From: Akkermansia muciniphila ATCC BAA-835
GTDB taxonomy: Bacteria; Verrucomicrobiota; Verrucomicrobiia; Verrucomicrobiales; Akkermansiaceae
Direction of reading: 5' to 3'
DNA: 32,000 nt
Assembly (NCBI RefSeq): GCF_000020225.1
Contig: NC_010655.1
Span: forward strand, 2,400,001-2,432,000
A program made the translations under genes and the position numbers. Positions 24,802 through 32,000 of the stretch are shown here, in pieces (within the stretch, counting starts at the first letter, position 1; the number at the start of each line of letters is the position of its first letter). Under the pieces are notes generated by a model that did no database searches, was not told where the DNA came from, and saw nothing but the letters and a program-made list of their open reading frames with translations.

Positions 24802-25813
24802 CCGGAGTGGACGCGAACGTCCTCCAGCCCTCCTCCCAGCGGCGGCGGAGGGCTGGCCAGTCCTCACCGTTCCCTCCATGCCCCAGGAAAGAGCGCTTTT
24901 TCAGCTCCCGGAAACTTTCTCCGGGAAGGTGGAGAAGTTCCCCGCGGTCATAGGCATTCTGATCACACATGCCGTTAAAAACGGGAGTCCACTGCCAGCG
25001 GCGCACGCCCAGATAACTTTTGAATGTATCTACCAGTTCCGTCGTGCAGTTGGCGGTGACGGTATGATAATAGCGCGGGCGTTCATGGAGGCTGTTGATT
25101 TTTTCCGCAAACCCCAGAAAGGCCTTTTTCAGGCTTTCCCTGCCGATGTTGATGCGGTACAGGTACATGTCCTCTTTCCGGTAATTGGTGCGCAGGGCGA
25201 ACAGGTCTTCTTCGTCCGCCAGGATGTAAATCACGTTGAATTGCTTGTAAAGGCCAGGGACAGTTCCCTGCTCCACCCCCTCCGGCAGGCGCGTTTCCAC
25301 GGACAAGGCCAGATGCTTCCCATCCTCAAAACCGAAGGACAACATGGTATGGGCCACGAATTCCATCCCATCCCAGTGGCTCACGGCAAAATCCAGCGTA
25401 GCCAGCTTGTCCAGGTCAAAGCGGCGCGTCACATAGCGCGCGTCGAAGTCCCGCTCCGTCCGGTAGATAAAACTGCGCACGTCCTTCACCACGATTTCAT
25501 TTCCGTTGATTTCCACGGAGGGCAGGCGACTCCAGGACGGCTGCCATTCCTTATCGTTCGTCGCCGGTATGCACAGGTAGTACGCCAGCAGCAGGGCCGG
25601 CACTCCCCAGGAAGCGCGCCATAATACGGGCCGTTTTCCGCGGAGGGCGAAGGCGCATGCCATGGCCGCCACGTACAGCCACACCAGCACGGCTCCCCCC
25701 CATACGTTGTAAAAAACCACGCCCGCCGCCCATACGGAGAAACAGAACCACGCCGCCGTCATCAGGATGCGGGCGGCGGCCGGGCACGCGCGGCGCAGGA
25801 AAGTCAAATGCAT
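24791..25813 (-). CDS. DUF4105-like membrane protein
   Basis: 340 aa with three or four N-terminal TM helices followed by a soluble domain containing YHTVTANCTTELV, an NC(T/S)T motif I associate with DUF4105. Its 3' end overlaps the convergent M15 gene by 11 nt. Confidence 0.6.
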   Translation of the reverse strand: MHLTFLRRACPAAARILMTAAWFCFSVWAAGVVFYNVWGGAVLVWLYVAAMACAFALRGKRPVLWRASWGVPALLLAYYLCIPATNDKEWQPSWSRLPSVEINGNEIVVKDVRSFIYRTERDFDARYVTRRFDLDKLATLDFAVSHWDGMEFVAHTMLSFGFEDGKHLALSVETRLPEGVEQGTVPGLYKQFNVIYILADEEDLFALRTNYRKEDMYLYRINIGRESLKKAFLGFAEKINSLHERPRYYHTVTANCTTELVDTFKSYLGVRRWQWTPVFNGMCDQNAYDRGELLHLPGESFRELKKRSFLGHGGNGEDWPALRRRWEEGWRTFASTPVKE

Positions 25814-25828
25814 GGAAAATGAAAAGCA

Positions 25829-25861
25829 GGCCGCGCGCTCCAGCCCATGAAACGCGCGGCC
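25829..25861 (-). terminator. Possible terminator hairpin downstream of pheT
   Basis: 9-bp GC stem ggccgcgcg/cgcgcggcc (25829-25837 / 25853-25861) with a long 15-nt loop, followed on the minus strand by U-rich tgcttttcatttt. The loop length lowers confidence. Confidence 0.35.
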
Positions 25862-25873
25862 CGTTAACGGGGA

Positions 25874-28393
25874 TTACCTGAAGGAAAGGCCCTTCACTTT
25901 GTCCGTCAGGGCTTTCAGCACGCGCTGGTGCGCTGCATCCACTTCCGCGGCCGTGAGGGTCTTGGCCGGATCCCTGTACAGGAAGGTATAGGCAATGGAT
26001 TTGCGGTCCGCCGGCAGCTTTTCGCCGGAGGGGTCCGTGAACACGTCAAAGCAGAAATAACTGACAAGCAGTTTTTCCCGTGCGGATTCCACGGCCTTGA
26101 CAATGTCCGCATTGGGCGTGGAGAGGGGCAGTTCCATGGCCGCATCGCGGGAAGAACCGGGAAACTGGGGCAATTCCGCAGCCTTCACGGGCGCGGTCAG
26201 GATTTCCTGCATTTTGCGGAGATCCAGTTCCGCCACGTACACGGGCTGACCCAGGCCCAGCTCCCGGCAACGCGCCAGGGACAGGCGGGCGAAATAGCCG
26301 CAGGCTTTCCCGTCCAGCTGTACGTCCGCCCCCAGGGCGGCCTGTTCGCGCGGTCTGGCAGGCGTGAGCGTAAAACGGTGGCCCGGCGCCAGAGCCGCCA
26401 TCACGGCCAGCAGATCCTCAAAGGAGGCCTGCTCCGGCCTGGGATCCGCCCAGGAACGCGCCGTGCGGTCCCCGGAAACCAGGATACCCAGGGTATCCGT
26501 TTCAATGTCCCTGCCCTTGCCGCCGCCCGTATTGCGGAAGACGCGTCCAAGTTCAAAGAAGCGCAGGCCGGAAACGCCCTGGTTGCTGTTGCGCACGGCG
26601 GCGGCAATCAGGCCGGGCGTATGGGCGGGGCGCAGCACGGAGTGATCCTCGCTGAGCGGCAGGGATACGCGGATGAGGTCACCGTCCTGAAGGGGGCGCA
26701 GAGGCAAAGCGTCCTTCACCTGGGCGATGGTGCCGTCCGCGGATTCGGAGGCGATGAGCTTGATGGTCTGGGTTTCATAAAATCCCAGGGCCGCCAGCTT
26801 GCGGCGCAGCTCCATCTGGAAGTTATAGGCCACATCTACCGGGGATTCCGCCACGAAGGGGCCGGAGAAGCGGGACGGTATGCCGTCCAGGCCGAAAACG
26901 CGCACGATTTCCTCCAGAAGGTCGCACGGGCGCGTGAGATCCAGGCGGTGGGGGGGGATCAGCCAGCATTCCGGTGAATCCGGAACCTGCTTCAGGCCCA
27001 GCGCCGTCAGGATGCGAGTCCCTTCCTCATGAGAAATGGAACCGCCGGAAATCTGATCCAGCGCTTTCCAGGGAAGTTGTACAAAGCCCAGTTCATTAGT
27101 CACCGTGGCGCCCTTCCCCTGCTTCAGGGAAGCGAACACGGAAACGGGGCCGTCCGCCCCTCCGCAGGAAGGCATGGAAGCATGAGCCGGATTAGGAACG
27201 GGAGAACCGGCCACATACGTTGGGGAGGCCGTTCCGCCCGCCAGCTGAAGAATCAGTTCCACGGCGCGCACGGAACCGCGCAGGACATTCCAGGCGGAAG
27301 TGCCGCGTTCAAAGCGGTAGGAAGAGTCGGAGGACAGGGCCAGCCTGCGGGACGTGGCGCGGACGGAGGAGGGCTTGAACCAGGCGGACTCCAGAATGAT
27401 ATCCGTAGTGGCGTCCGTCACGCCGCTTTCCTCCCCACCCATCACGCCGCCGATGGCGAGCGCCTTGCCGGACTGGTCCGCAACAACCAGATCCGTGCAG
27501 TTAAGCGTGTATTCCTGCCCGTCCAGGGCCTTGATGGTTTCCCCTTCATAAGCGGTGCGGGTGACGATGCCGCCCTGCACTTTCGCCGCGTCAAAGGCAT
27601 GGAGGGGCGTTCCCAGTTCATGCAGGACGAAGTTGGTAATATCCACGATGTTGTTGATGGGGCGCAGGCCGACGGCTACCAGGCGTTCCTTCAGCCATTC
27701 CGGGCTTTCCTGCACTTTCACGCCGCTGATTTTTACGGCGGTGTAGTACGGGTTCAGCTCCGGCTGGTCCAGCCGCACGAAGTCTCCGGCAGGTTCCAGC
27801 GCCACTCCGGCGTCGTCAATGGAAACAGGCCTGTACCCCCGGCCGGAGATAGCGGCCAGTTCATACGCCATGCCGTTGTGGGAAAGCAAATCCGGCCGGT
27901 TGGGCGTTACTTCCACTTCCACCAGGGTATCCGCCTTGACAACCTGGGAAATCGGCGTACCGGGTTCCAGTTCCTGAGGGAGAATCCAGAGACCGTGCTC
28001 CTTGTCGGGAAGCCCCAGCTCGGAGGCGGAACAGAGCATGCCGCGGGACTCCACGCCGCGCAGCTTGCCCACCTTGATTTCAACGTTGCCGGGCAGCACC
28101 GCTCCCGGCAGGGCGCAGGGGACCTTGTCCCCCACCTTGTAGTTCTGAGCGCCGCACACAATCTGGTGCAGCGTGCCGTCGCCCACGTCCACCTGGCAGA
28201 CTTTCAGCCGGTCCGCCTGGGGATGCTGTTCCGCGGAAGCCACGCGGGCCACCACCACGTATGGGGAATCCACGCCCTGCTGGCGGATGTCTTCCACCTC
28301 AATGCCGGCAAAAGTCAGCATGTCAGACATTTCATCCACGCTCAGGCCGGACAGGTCAATGTACTGGGAAAGCCAGTTAAGGGAAATCTTCAT
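25874..28393 (-). CDS. pheT: Phenylalanine--tRNA ligase beta subunit
   Basis: 839 aa. N-terminus MKISLNWLSQYIDLSGLSVDEMSDMLTFAGIEVE, followed by tRNA-binding, B3/4, B5 and FDX-ACB domain order. It starts 20 nt after pheS. Confidence 0.95.
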   Translation of the reverse strand: MKISLNWLSQYIDLSGLSVDEMSDMLTFAGIEVEDIRQQGVDSPYVVVARVASAEQHPQADRLKVCQVDVGDGTLHQIVCGAQNYKVGDKVPCALPGAVLPGNVEIKVGKLRGVESRGMLCSASELGLPDKEHGLWILPQELEPGTPISQVVKADTLVEVEVTPNRPDLLSHNGMAYELAAISGRGYRPVSIDDAGVALEPAGDFVRLDQPELNPYYTAVKISGVKVQESPEWLKERLVAVGLRPINNIVDITNFVLHELGTPLHAFDAAKVQGGIVTRTAYEGETIKALDGQEYTLNCTDLVVADQSGKALAIGGVMGGEESGVTDATTDIILESAWFKPSSVRATSRRLALSSDSSYRFERGTSAWNVLRGSVRAVELILQLAGGTASPTYVAGSPVPNPAHASMPSCGGADGPVSVFASLKQGKGATVTNELGFVQLPWKALDQISGGSISHEEGTRILTALGLKQVPDSPECWLIPPHRLDLTRPCDLLEEIVRVFGLDGIPSRFSGPFVAESPVDVAYNFQMELRRKLAALGFYETQTIKLIASESADGTIAQVKDALPLRPLQDGDLIRVSLPLSEDHSVLRPAHTPGLIAAAVRNSNQGVSGLRFFELGRVFRNTGGGKGRDIETDTLGILVSGDRTARSWADPRPEQASFEDLLAVMAALAPGHRFTLTPARPREQAALGADVQLDGKACGYFARLSLARCRELGLGQPVYVAELDLRKMQEILTAPVKAAELPQFPGSSRDAAMELPLSTPNADIVKAVESAREKLLVSYFCFDVFTDPSGEKLPADRKSIAYTFLYRDPAKTLTAAEVDAAHQRVLKALTDKVKGLSFR

Positions 28394-28413
28394 AACGGGA
28401 AAACAGGTAAAAA

Positions 28414-29439
28414 TTATTGGAATTGGGCAAGGAAGCGCACATCATTCTCAATCAGGGCGCGAATGTCCCTGATGCCCCAGCGGATCATCGCCAGGCGGTC
28501 CAGGCCGATGCCGAAGGCAAAGCCGGTCAGCCCCGTGTAGCGGGCCTGCGCTCCGGGGTCCAGGCCCAGTTCGCGGTCCACGGCTTCAAAAACATTGGGA
28601 TCCACCATGCCGCAGCCGGCAATCTCCACCCAGCGGGGGGCCTGGCCGTCCACCTTCAGCTTGACGTCAATTTCAAAGCTGGGTTCCGTGAACGGGAAGA
28701 AATGGGGGCGGAAGCGCACCTCCGTTCCGGAACCGAAAAGGGCGCGCAGAAAATATTCCAGCGTTCCTTTCAGGTCGCCCACGGAAACGTCCGTATCCAC
28801 ATACAGGCCTTCAAGCTGATTGAAGGCGGAAAGGTGCGTGGCGTCAATTTCGTCGCGGCGGTAGGCGGAACCGGGAGCGATGACACGCACGGGCGGCAGC
28901 TGCTTTTCCATGGAGCGGATCTGCACGGAAGACGTGTGCGTACGCAGAAGCTTGCCGGAATCAAAGTAAAATGTATCCTTCTCATTGCGGGCCGGGTGAT
29001 CTTCCGGCGTGTTCAGCGCGTCAAAGCAGTGGAACTCGTCCTCAATCTCCGGGCCGTCCGCCAGGGCAAAGCCCATGTGGCGCAGAATGCGGACGGCTTC
29101 ATCCCTAACGATGGTGAGGGGGTGCAGACCGCCAGGCGGCAGGGAGCGGGCCGGAAGCGTCAGGTCCACACCGGCCACGGCGGCCTTGTCCGCCTGGGCC
29201 TGCACTTCCTCCAGCTTGGCGTCCAGAGCTTCCGTAATGGCCTTGCGGGCCTCGTTAAGCAACTGGCCGACAGCGGGCTTTTCCTCTCTGGGAACGTCCT
29301 TCATGCCCGTCTGGGCCAGGGTCAGTTCCCCTTTTTTGCCGAGGATGGCCACGCGCGCGTCTTCCACGCCGCGCCTGTCAGACGCCTGGGCGATGCGTGC
29401 CAGGGCGTCCCGTTGGATGCGTACAATCTCTTCCTTCAT
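28414..29439 (-). CDS. pheS: Phenylalanine--tRNA ligase alpha subunit
   Basis: 341 aa with class II aaRS motifs (HPLTIV, FRPHFFPFTEPSFEIDV, GFAFGIGLDRLAMI). Confidence 0.95.
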   Translation of the reverse strand: MKEEIVRIQRDALARIAQASDRRGVEDARVAILGKKGELTLAQTGMKDVPREEKPAVGQLLNEARKAITEALDAKLEEVQAQADKAAVAGVDLTLPARSLPPGGLHPLTIVRDEAVRILRHMGFALADGPEIEDEFHCFDALNTPEDHPARNEKDTFYFDSGKLLRTHTSSVQIRSMEKQLPPVRVIAPGSAYRRDEIDATHLSAFNQLEGLYVDTDVSVGDLKGTLEYFLRALFGSGTEVRFRPHFFPFTEPSFEIDVKLKVDGQAPRWVEIAGCGMVDPNVFEAVDRELGLDPGAQARYTGLTGFAFGIGLDRLAMIRWGIRDIRALIENDVRFLAQFQ

Positions 29440-29456
29440 AAAATTTGACGGGCAAG

Positions 29457-29485
29457 AGCTTACCCGTCCCCCCCGCCAGCGTCAA
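29457..29485 (-). promoter_or_regulatory. Candidate sigma70-type promoter of pheST
   Basis: On the minus strand: TTGACG (29485-29480), a 17-nt spacer, then TAAGCT (29462-29457). The predicted start site is ~10 nt before the pheS ATG (29439), implying a very short leader. Confidence 0.3.
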
Positions 29486-29605
29486 GCCCTTCGGGCCGCG
29501 GGGAGGTCACTCAAAAGAAAATGGCGGACCCCGGAAAGGGGGGAAAAGAACAATGAACCTCTCTTCCTAGTCACTAATCCTTAACCATTAAATCTCCCCA
29601 GCAAA

Positions 29606-30790
29606 TTACACGTATCCCGGCCGGGCGGACATGCGGCCGGAAACCATGCCGAGCACGCAGAAAAAGGTATAAACCAGGCAGAACGGCAAAAAGGAGCCGC
29701 CCTGATGCAGGAAGGAGGTAAACAGCAGGCTCAACAGGGCGCCCATGGTAAAGCCTATTCCCTGGGACATGCCGGAAAGCCTGATTGATTCGGAAGGGGT
29801 CCGGGCCCGTTCCACCATCAGCGCCATTCCGCGGCTGAATACGGTTCCCGTCGCCAGACCGAACAGAATAGCCATCCAGAGAGCCCAGTCCGGAGGGAGA
29901 TACAGGATGCCCCAGCAGGAAAGGGCCGCCAATGCCATGGCCATCACGATGAGGAGCCCCCGGCCGCCCGTAGCCTTTTCCAGCACGTGTGCGGAAAGCG
30001 TGGCGGGCAGCTGGGCGAACATGGCCACGGAAAGGATGAACCCGGCATCCTCATAGCTCATGCCCCGCTGCCTCAGAAAGATGGGAATCCAAGTATAAAA
30101 GAAATAGGCCGCCCCAACGCGGCTCAAGTAAAAAACGGTAACCTGCCATGCTTTGCCGCTGCGCAGCAGGTTGTGACCGGAAGCCGCCGGATCGCTTTGA
30201 AACACGCCGGCCGGGTGCCTGAGAAAATAAGCGCCCCATACCAGCATTCCCAGCAGAATGGGGATAATCCAGACCCCCAGGCCGAAACGCCAGCCTCCCA
30301 GCATGTTGGAAATGGGAACGGACAATCCGGAAGCCGCAGCGCTGCCCACGCCGATCATGGCGCTGTAAACCCCCATCATGGCGGAAGCATGGTCAGGAAA
30401 CTGGTGCTTAATCAGTCCGGGAATGGCCGCCCCGGCAATTCCCATGCCCAGCCCCATCAGAACCATGCCGCCGTATAACCCCGCTACGCCGTCCCAGCTG
30501 CGCCAGAAAATTCCGGCCACCGCCAGAAGCTGGAACCAGAAAATGATTTTCCACGGCGTCATCCAGCGCGCCACGCGTGGAGAAATGGGAGCCGCCACCC
30601 CCAGCACAAAGACGGGCAACAGGGCGAACAGCCCTGAATTTTCCAGGGAAAGCCCCATATCCCTTTCAATCGTTCCCAGCAGCGGATCGGGAGAATCAAA
30701 CCCGGTACGCAAATTGAAGCACACGATTAAAAAGGCGACAAACAGCAGCATCTTTCCCCTGATGCCTCCGGAAGTCCCTGCCTTATCCAT
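29606..30790 (-). CDS. MFS transporter (CynX/NimT-like)
   Basis: 394 aa with 12 predicted TM helices. The N-terminal FNLRTGFDSPDPLLGTIERDMGLS signature resembles the cyanate-permease family. Confidence 0.8.
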   Translation of the reverse strand: MDKAGTSGGIRGKMLLFVAFLIVCFNLRTGFDSPDPLLGTIERDMGLSLENSGLFALLPVFVLGVAAPISPRVARWMTPWKIIFWFQLLAVAGIFWRSWDGVAGLYGGMVLMGLGMGIAGAAIPGLIKHQFPDHASAMMGVYSAMIGVGSAAASGLSVPISNMLGGWRFGLGVWIIPILLGMLVWGAYFLRHPAGVFQSDPAASGHNLLRSGKAWQVTVFYLSRVGAAYFFYTWIPIFLRQRGMSYEDAGFILSVAMFAQLPATLSAHVLEKATGGRGLLIVMAMALAALSCWGILYLPPDWALWMAILFGLATGTVFSRGMALMVERARTPSESIRLSGMSQGIGFTMGALLSLLFTSFLHQGGSFLPFCLVYTFFCVLGMVSGRMSARPGYV

Positions 30791-30927
30791 CCCATGTTAT
30801 ACATCCTTGCCCCCGCCCCTGTTCAAAAGTAACAGCCTTCCGGCTGTCAGCGGTCCGGAAACACGGCATGACGGAAAGACCATCAGGGGAAACAATCTCC
30901 CTGCGGTTTTCCATCCCCCCTGCCATG

Positions 30928-30960
30928 AAAAAGCGCCGCCGTCCCGGAGAACGGCGGCGC
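30928..30960 (-). terminator. Rho-independent terminator of the M60-like peptidase gene
   Basis: Perfect 10-bp stem gcgccgccgt/acggcggcgc (30933-30942 / 30951-30960) with an 8-nt loop. On the minus strand it is followed by a 5-U run (A-run 30928-30932). It lies 26 nt downstream of the stop at 30986. Confidence 0.65.
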
Positions 30961-30985
30961 CCGAACACGCTAACCTCTTAAGCTT

Positions 30986-32000
30986 TCATTTGGCAGGGCG
31001 TTTGCCGTACACCAGCGTCCGCCTGCCGTCCCAGGAAACGGCTTCAATCCGCGTAGAACCTTCCGGATAGGGAACCGTGGTGGAGGAATTATCCCTGGAA
31101 TCTGTCCCCACCATGGTGATGCGGACCATTTCCCTGTCTTTGTATGTTTCAAAGACGACGGCGTTTTTCCACACGTCATGGGAAACAACGCGCCTGTTGC
31201 CCTGCTCCGTAACGCCCTGGTTGTAAACGCCGCGGACAGGCAGTCGGTTCTTATATGCTTCCGCGCTGTTGACGGAAATATAGTAAATGACGGGGCTTTC
31301 CGGCTTTTTGTACTTCCTGGCGTAGGCAATCAGGTTCTTGCAGTCGGCCTCCGTGATGGTCATGCGGGCGCAGGTGTAGTCGTCCAATTCCTGGTCAATG
31401 GGCTTGAGCATGCCCGTTTTCCGGAAAAAATCCGTCAGGTCCTGTCTGGCGGCGTCGCAGGCGTTCTTCATGAACGCAAGCTGGAGCTCGCCGTCCTTCT
31501 TGCCCCTGGTATCCATCTTGATGGCCTTATAAAAGATATCCGGATAAAAGTCGGGATTACCCTTCCCGGCTACCTTGAAATACAGCTCAAGCTGCCACAG
31601 GGGGGCCAGCTTGACAAAATGGTCGTGCACCATCGGACGGTTATCCCCGCCGGAACGCTTGTCCGGCCCGCTCTGGACAAGCCAGTTTTCCCCCTTCAAA
31701 ATGCCGTTGTTCAGATAGGCGTTGAAGCGTCCGCCAATCATGTTGCCGTCCCCGCCGTTGATGCGTTCATGCTCCAGGCGCATGCTGGAGGGATTCAGCA
31801 TGTAATTCACGTAAGCGGAGTAAATGTTATTGGTCACTTCTCCGGTGGAGACCCATTTCATGGCGGGGCGCACCTGGTTGACGTGGCCGAACTCATGGGC
31901 AATCCCCCAGGCGCTGCCGGGAATCCTGTCCGGATTGCCGACCTCCTTCATGGTGCCGTTATGAAAGGCGGCCCCCGTGCCGTCCGCGTGCATGAACCCG
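30986..32000 (-). CDS. M60-like (enhancin/gluzincin) metallopeptidase, partial (N-terminus beyond the right edge)
   Basis: The reading frame is open to the window edge. It has an HEXXH zinc motif in the M60 context (SAWGIAHEFGHVNQV ... TGEVTNNIYS) plus a C-terminal beta-rich domain. This family includes mucin O-glycopeptidases. Confidence 0.85.
   Translation of the reverse strand, partial: GFMHADGTGAAFHNGTMKEVGNPDRIPGSAWGIAHEFGHVNQVRPAMKWVSTGEVTNNIYSAYVNYMLNPSSMRLEHERINGGDGNMIGGRFNAYLNNGILKGENWLVQSGPDKRSGGDNRPMVHDHFVKLAPLWQLELYFKVAGKGNPDFYPDIFYKAIKMDTRGKKDGELQLAFMKNACDAARQDLTDFFRKTGMLKPIDQELDDYTCARMTITEADCKNLIAYARKYKKPESPVIYYISVNSAEAYKNRLPVRGVYNQGVTEQGNRRVVSHDVWKNAVVFETYKDREMVRITMVGTDSRDNSSTTVPYPEGSTRIEAVSWDGRRTLVYGKRPAK

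Noticed and set aside
25928-29448. Long plus-strand ORFs (25928-26977, 27029-28540, 28417-29448)
   Set aside because: They are antisense to pheT and pheS, which have unambiguous aaRS motifs.
30851-30905. Plus-strand GGTCCGGAAACACGG...GGGGAAAC stretch, superficially like the guanidine-I (ykkC) riboswitch core
   Set aside because: Both neighbouring genes are on the minus strand, so the stretch is on the wrong strand. Only fragments of the consensus are present, and a -10-like TATAAC right before the MFS ATG suggests this region may not even be transcribed as a leader.
1-32000. Scan for CRISPR arrays, tRNA/rRNA genes, transposases, integrases and prophage or defence-island content
   Set aside because: I found none by eye. 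The only repeated DNA is the duplication and IR system at 2926-6250, and no ORF shows recombinase, Cas or phage structural motifs.

Overview
GC-rich bacterial chromosomal window. It looks verrucomicrobial and is most consistent with an Akkermansia-like genome: PEP-CTERM sorting tails, an M60-like gluzincin (mucinase family) and a mutA-mutB propionate-pathway operon. The taxon is an inference from gene content, not a search result. Most of the window is housekeeping, largely on the minus strand: pgi (partial, missing from the ORF track), a Sel1-repeat protein, an RlmI/RlmK-type methyltransferase, mutA/mutB, proC, tag, an ABC-2 permease, a Hanks-type kinase, a tryptophanase-family lyase, an M15 peptidase, a DUF4105-like protein, pheS/pheT and a CynX-like MFS transporter. 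A tightly packed five-gene plus-strand operon (10533-17741) encodes envelope or secreted proteins of unknown function. The standout region is 2926-6250. It is a ~1.7-kb tandem segmental duplication whose two units each carry a different PEP-CTERM protein gene. Each gene is preceded by a ~200-bp AT-rich segment bounded by perfect 16-18-bp inverted repeats (core CGGA-TTRACTA-TCCG). The flanks of the two units are co-linear and nearly identical, but the two AT-rich segments are reverse complements of each other. The sequence therefore appears to have captured two copies of a DNA-inversion switch (inverton) in opposite states. No recombinase, transposase, CRISPR array, tRNA or rRNA was seen in the window. 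All coordinates, alignments and motif calls were made by eye, without tools.
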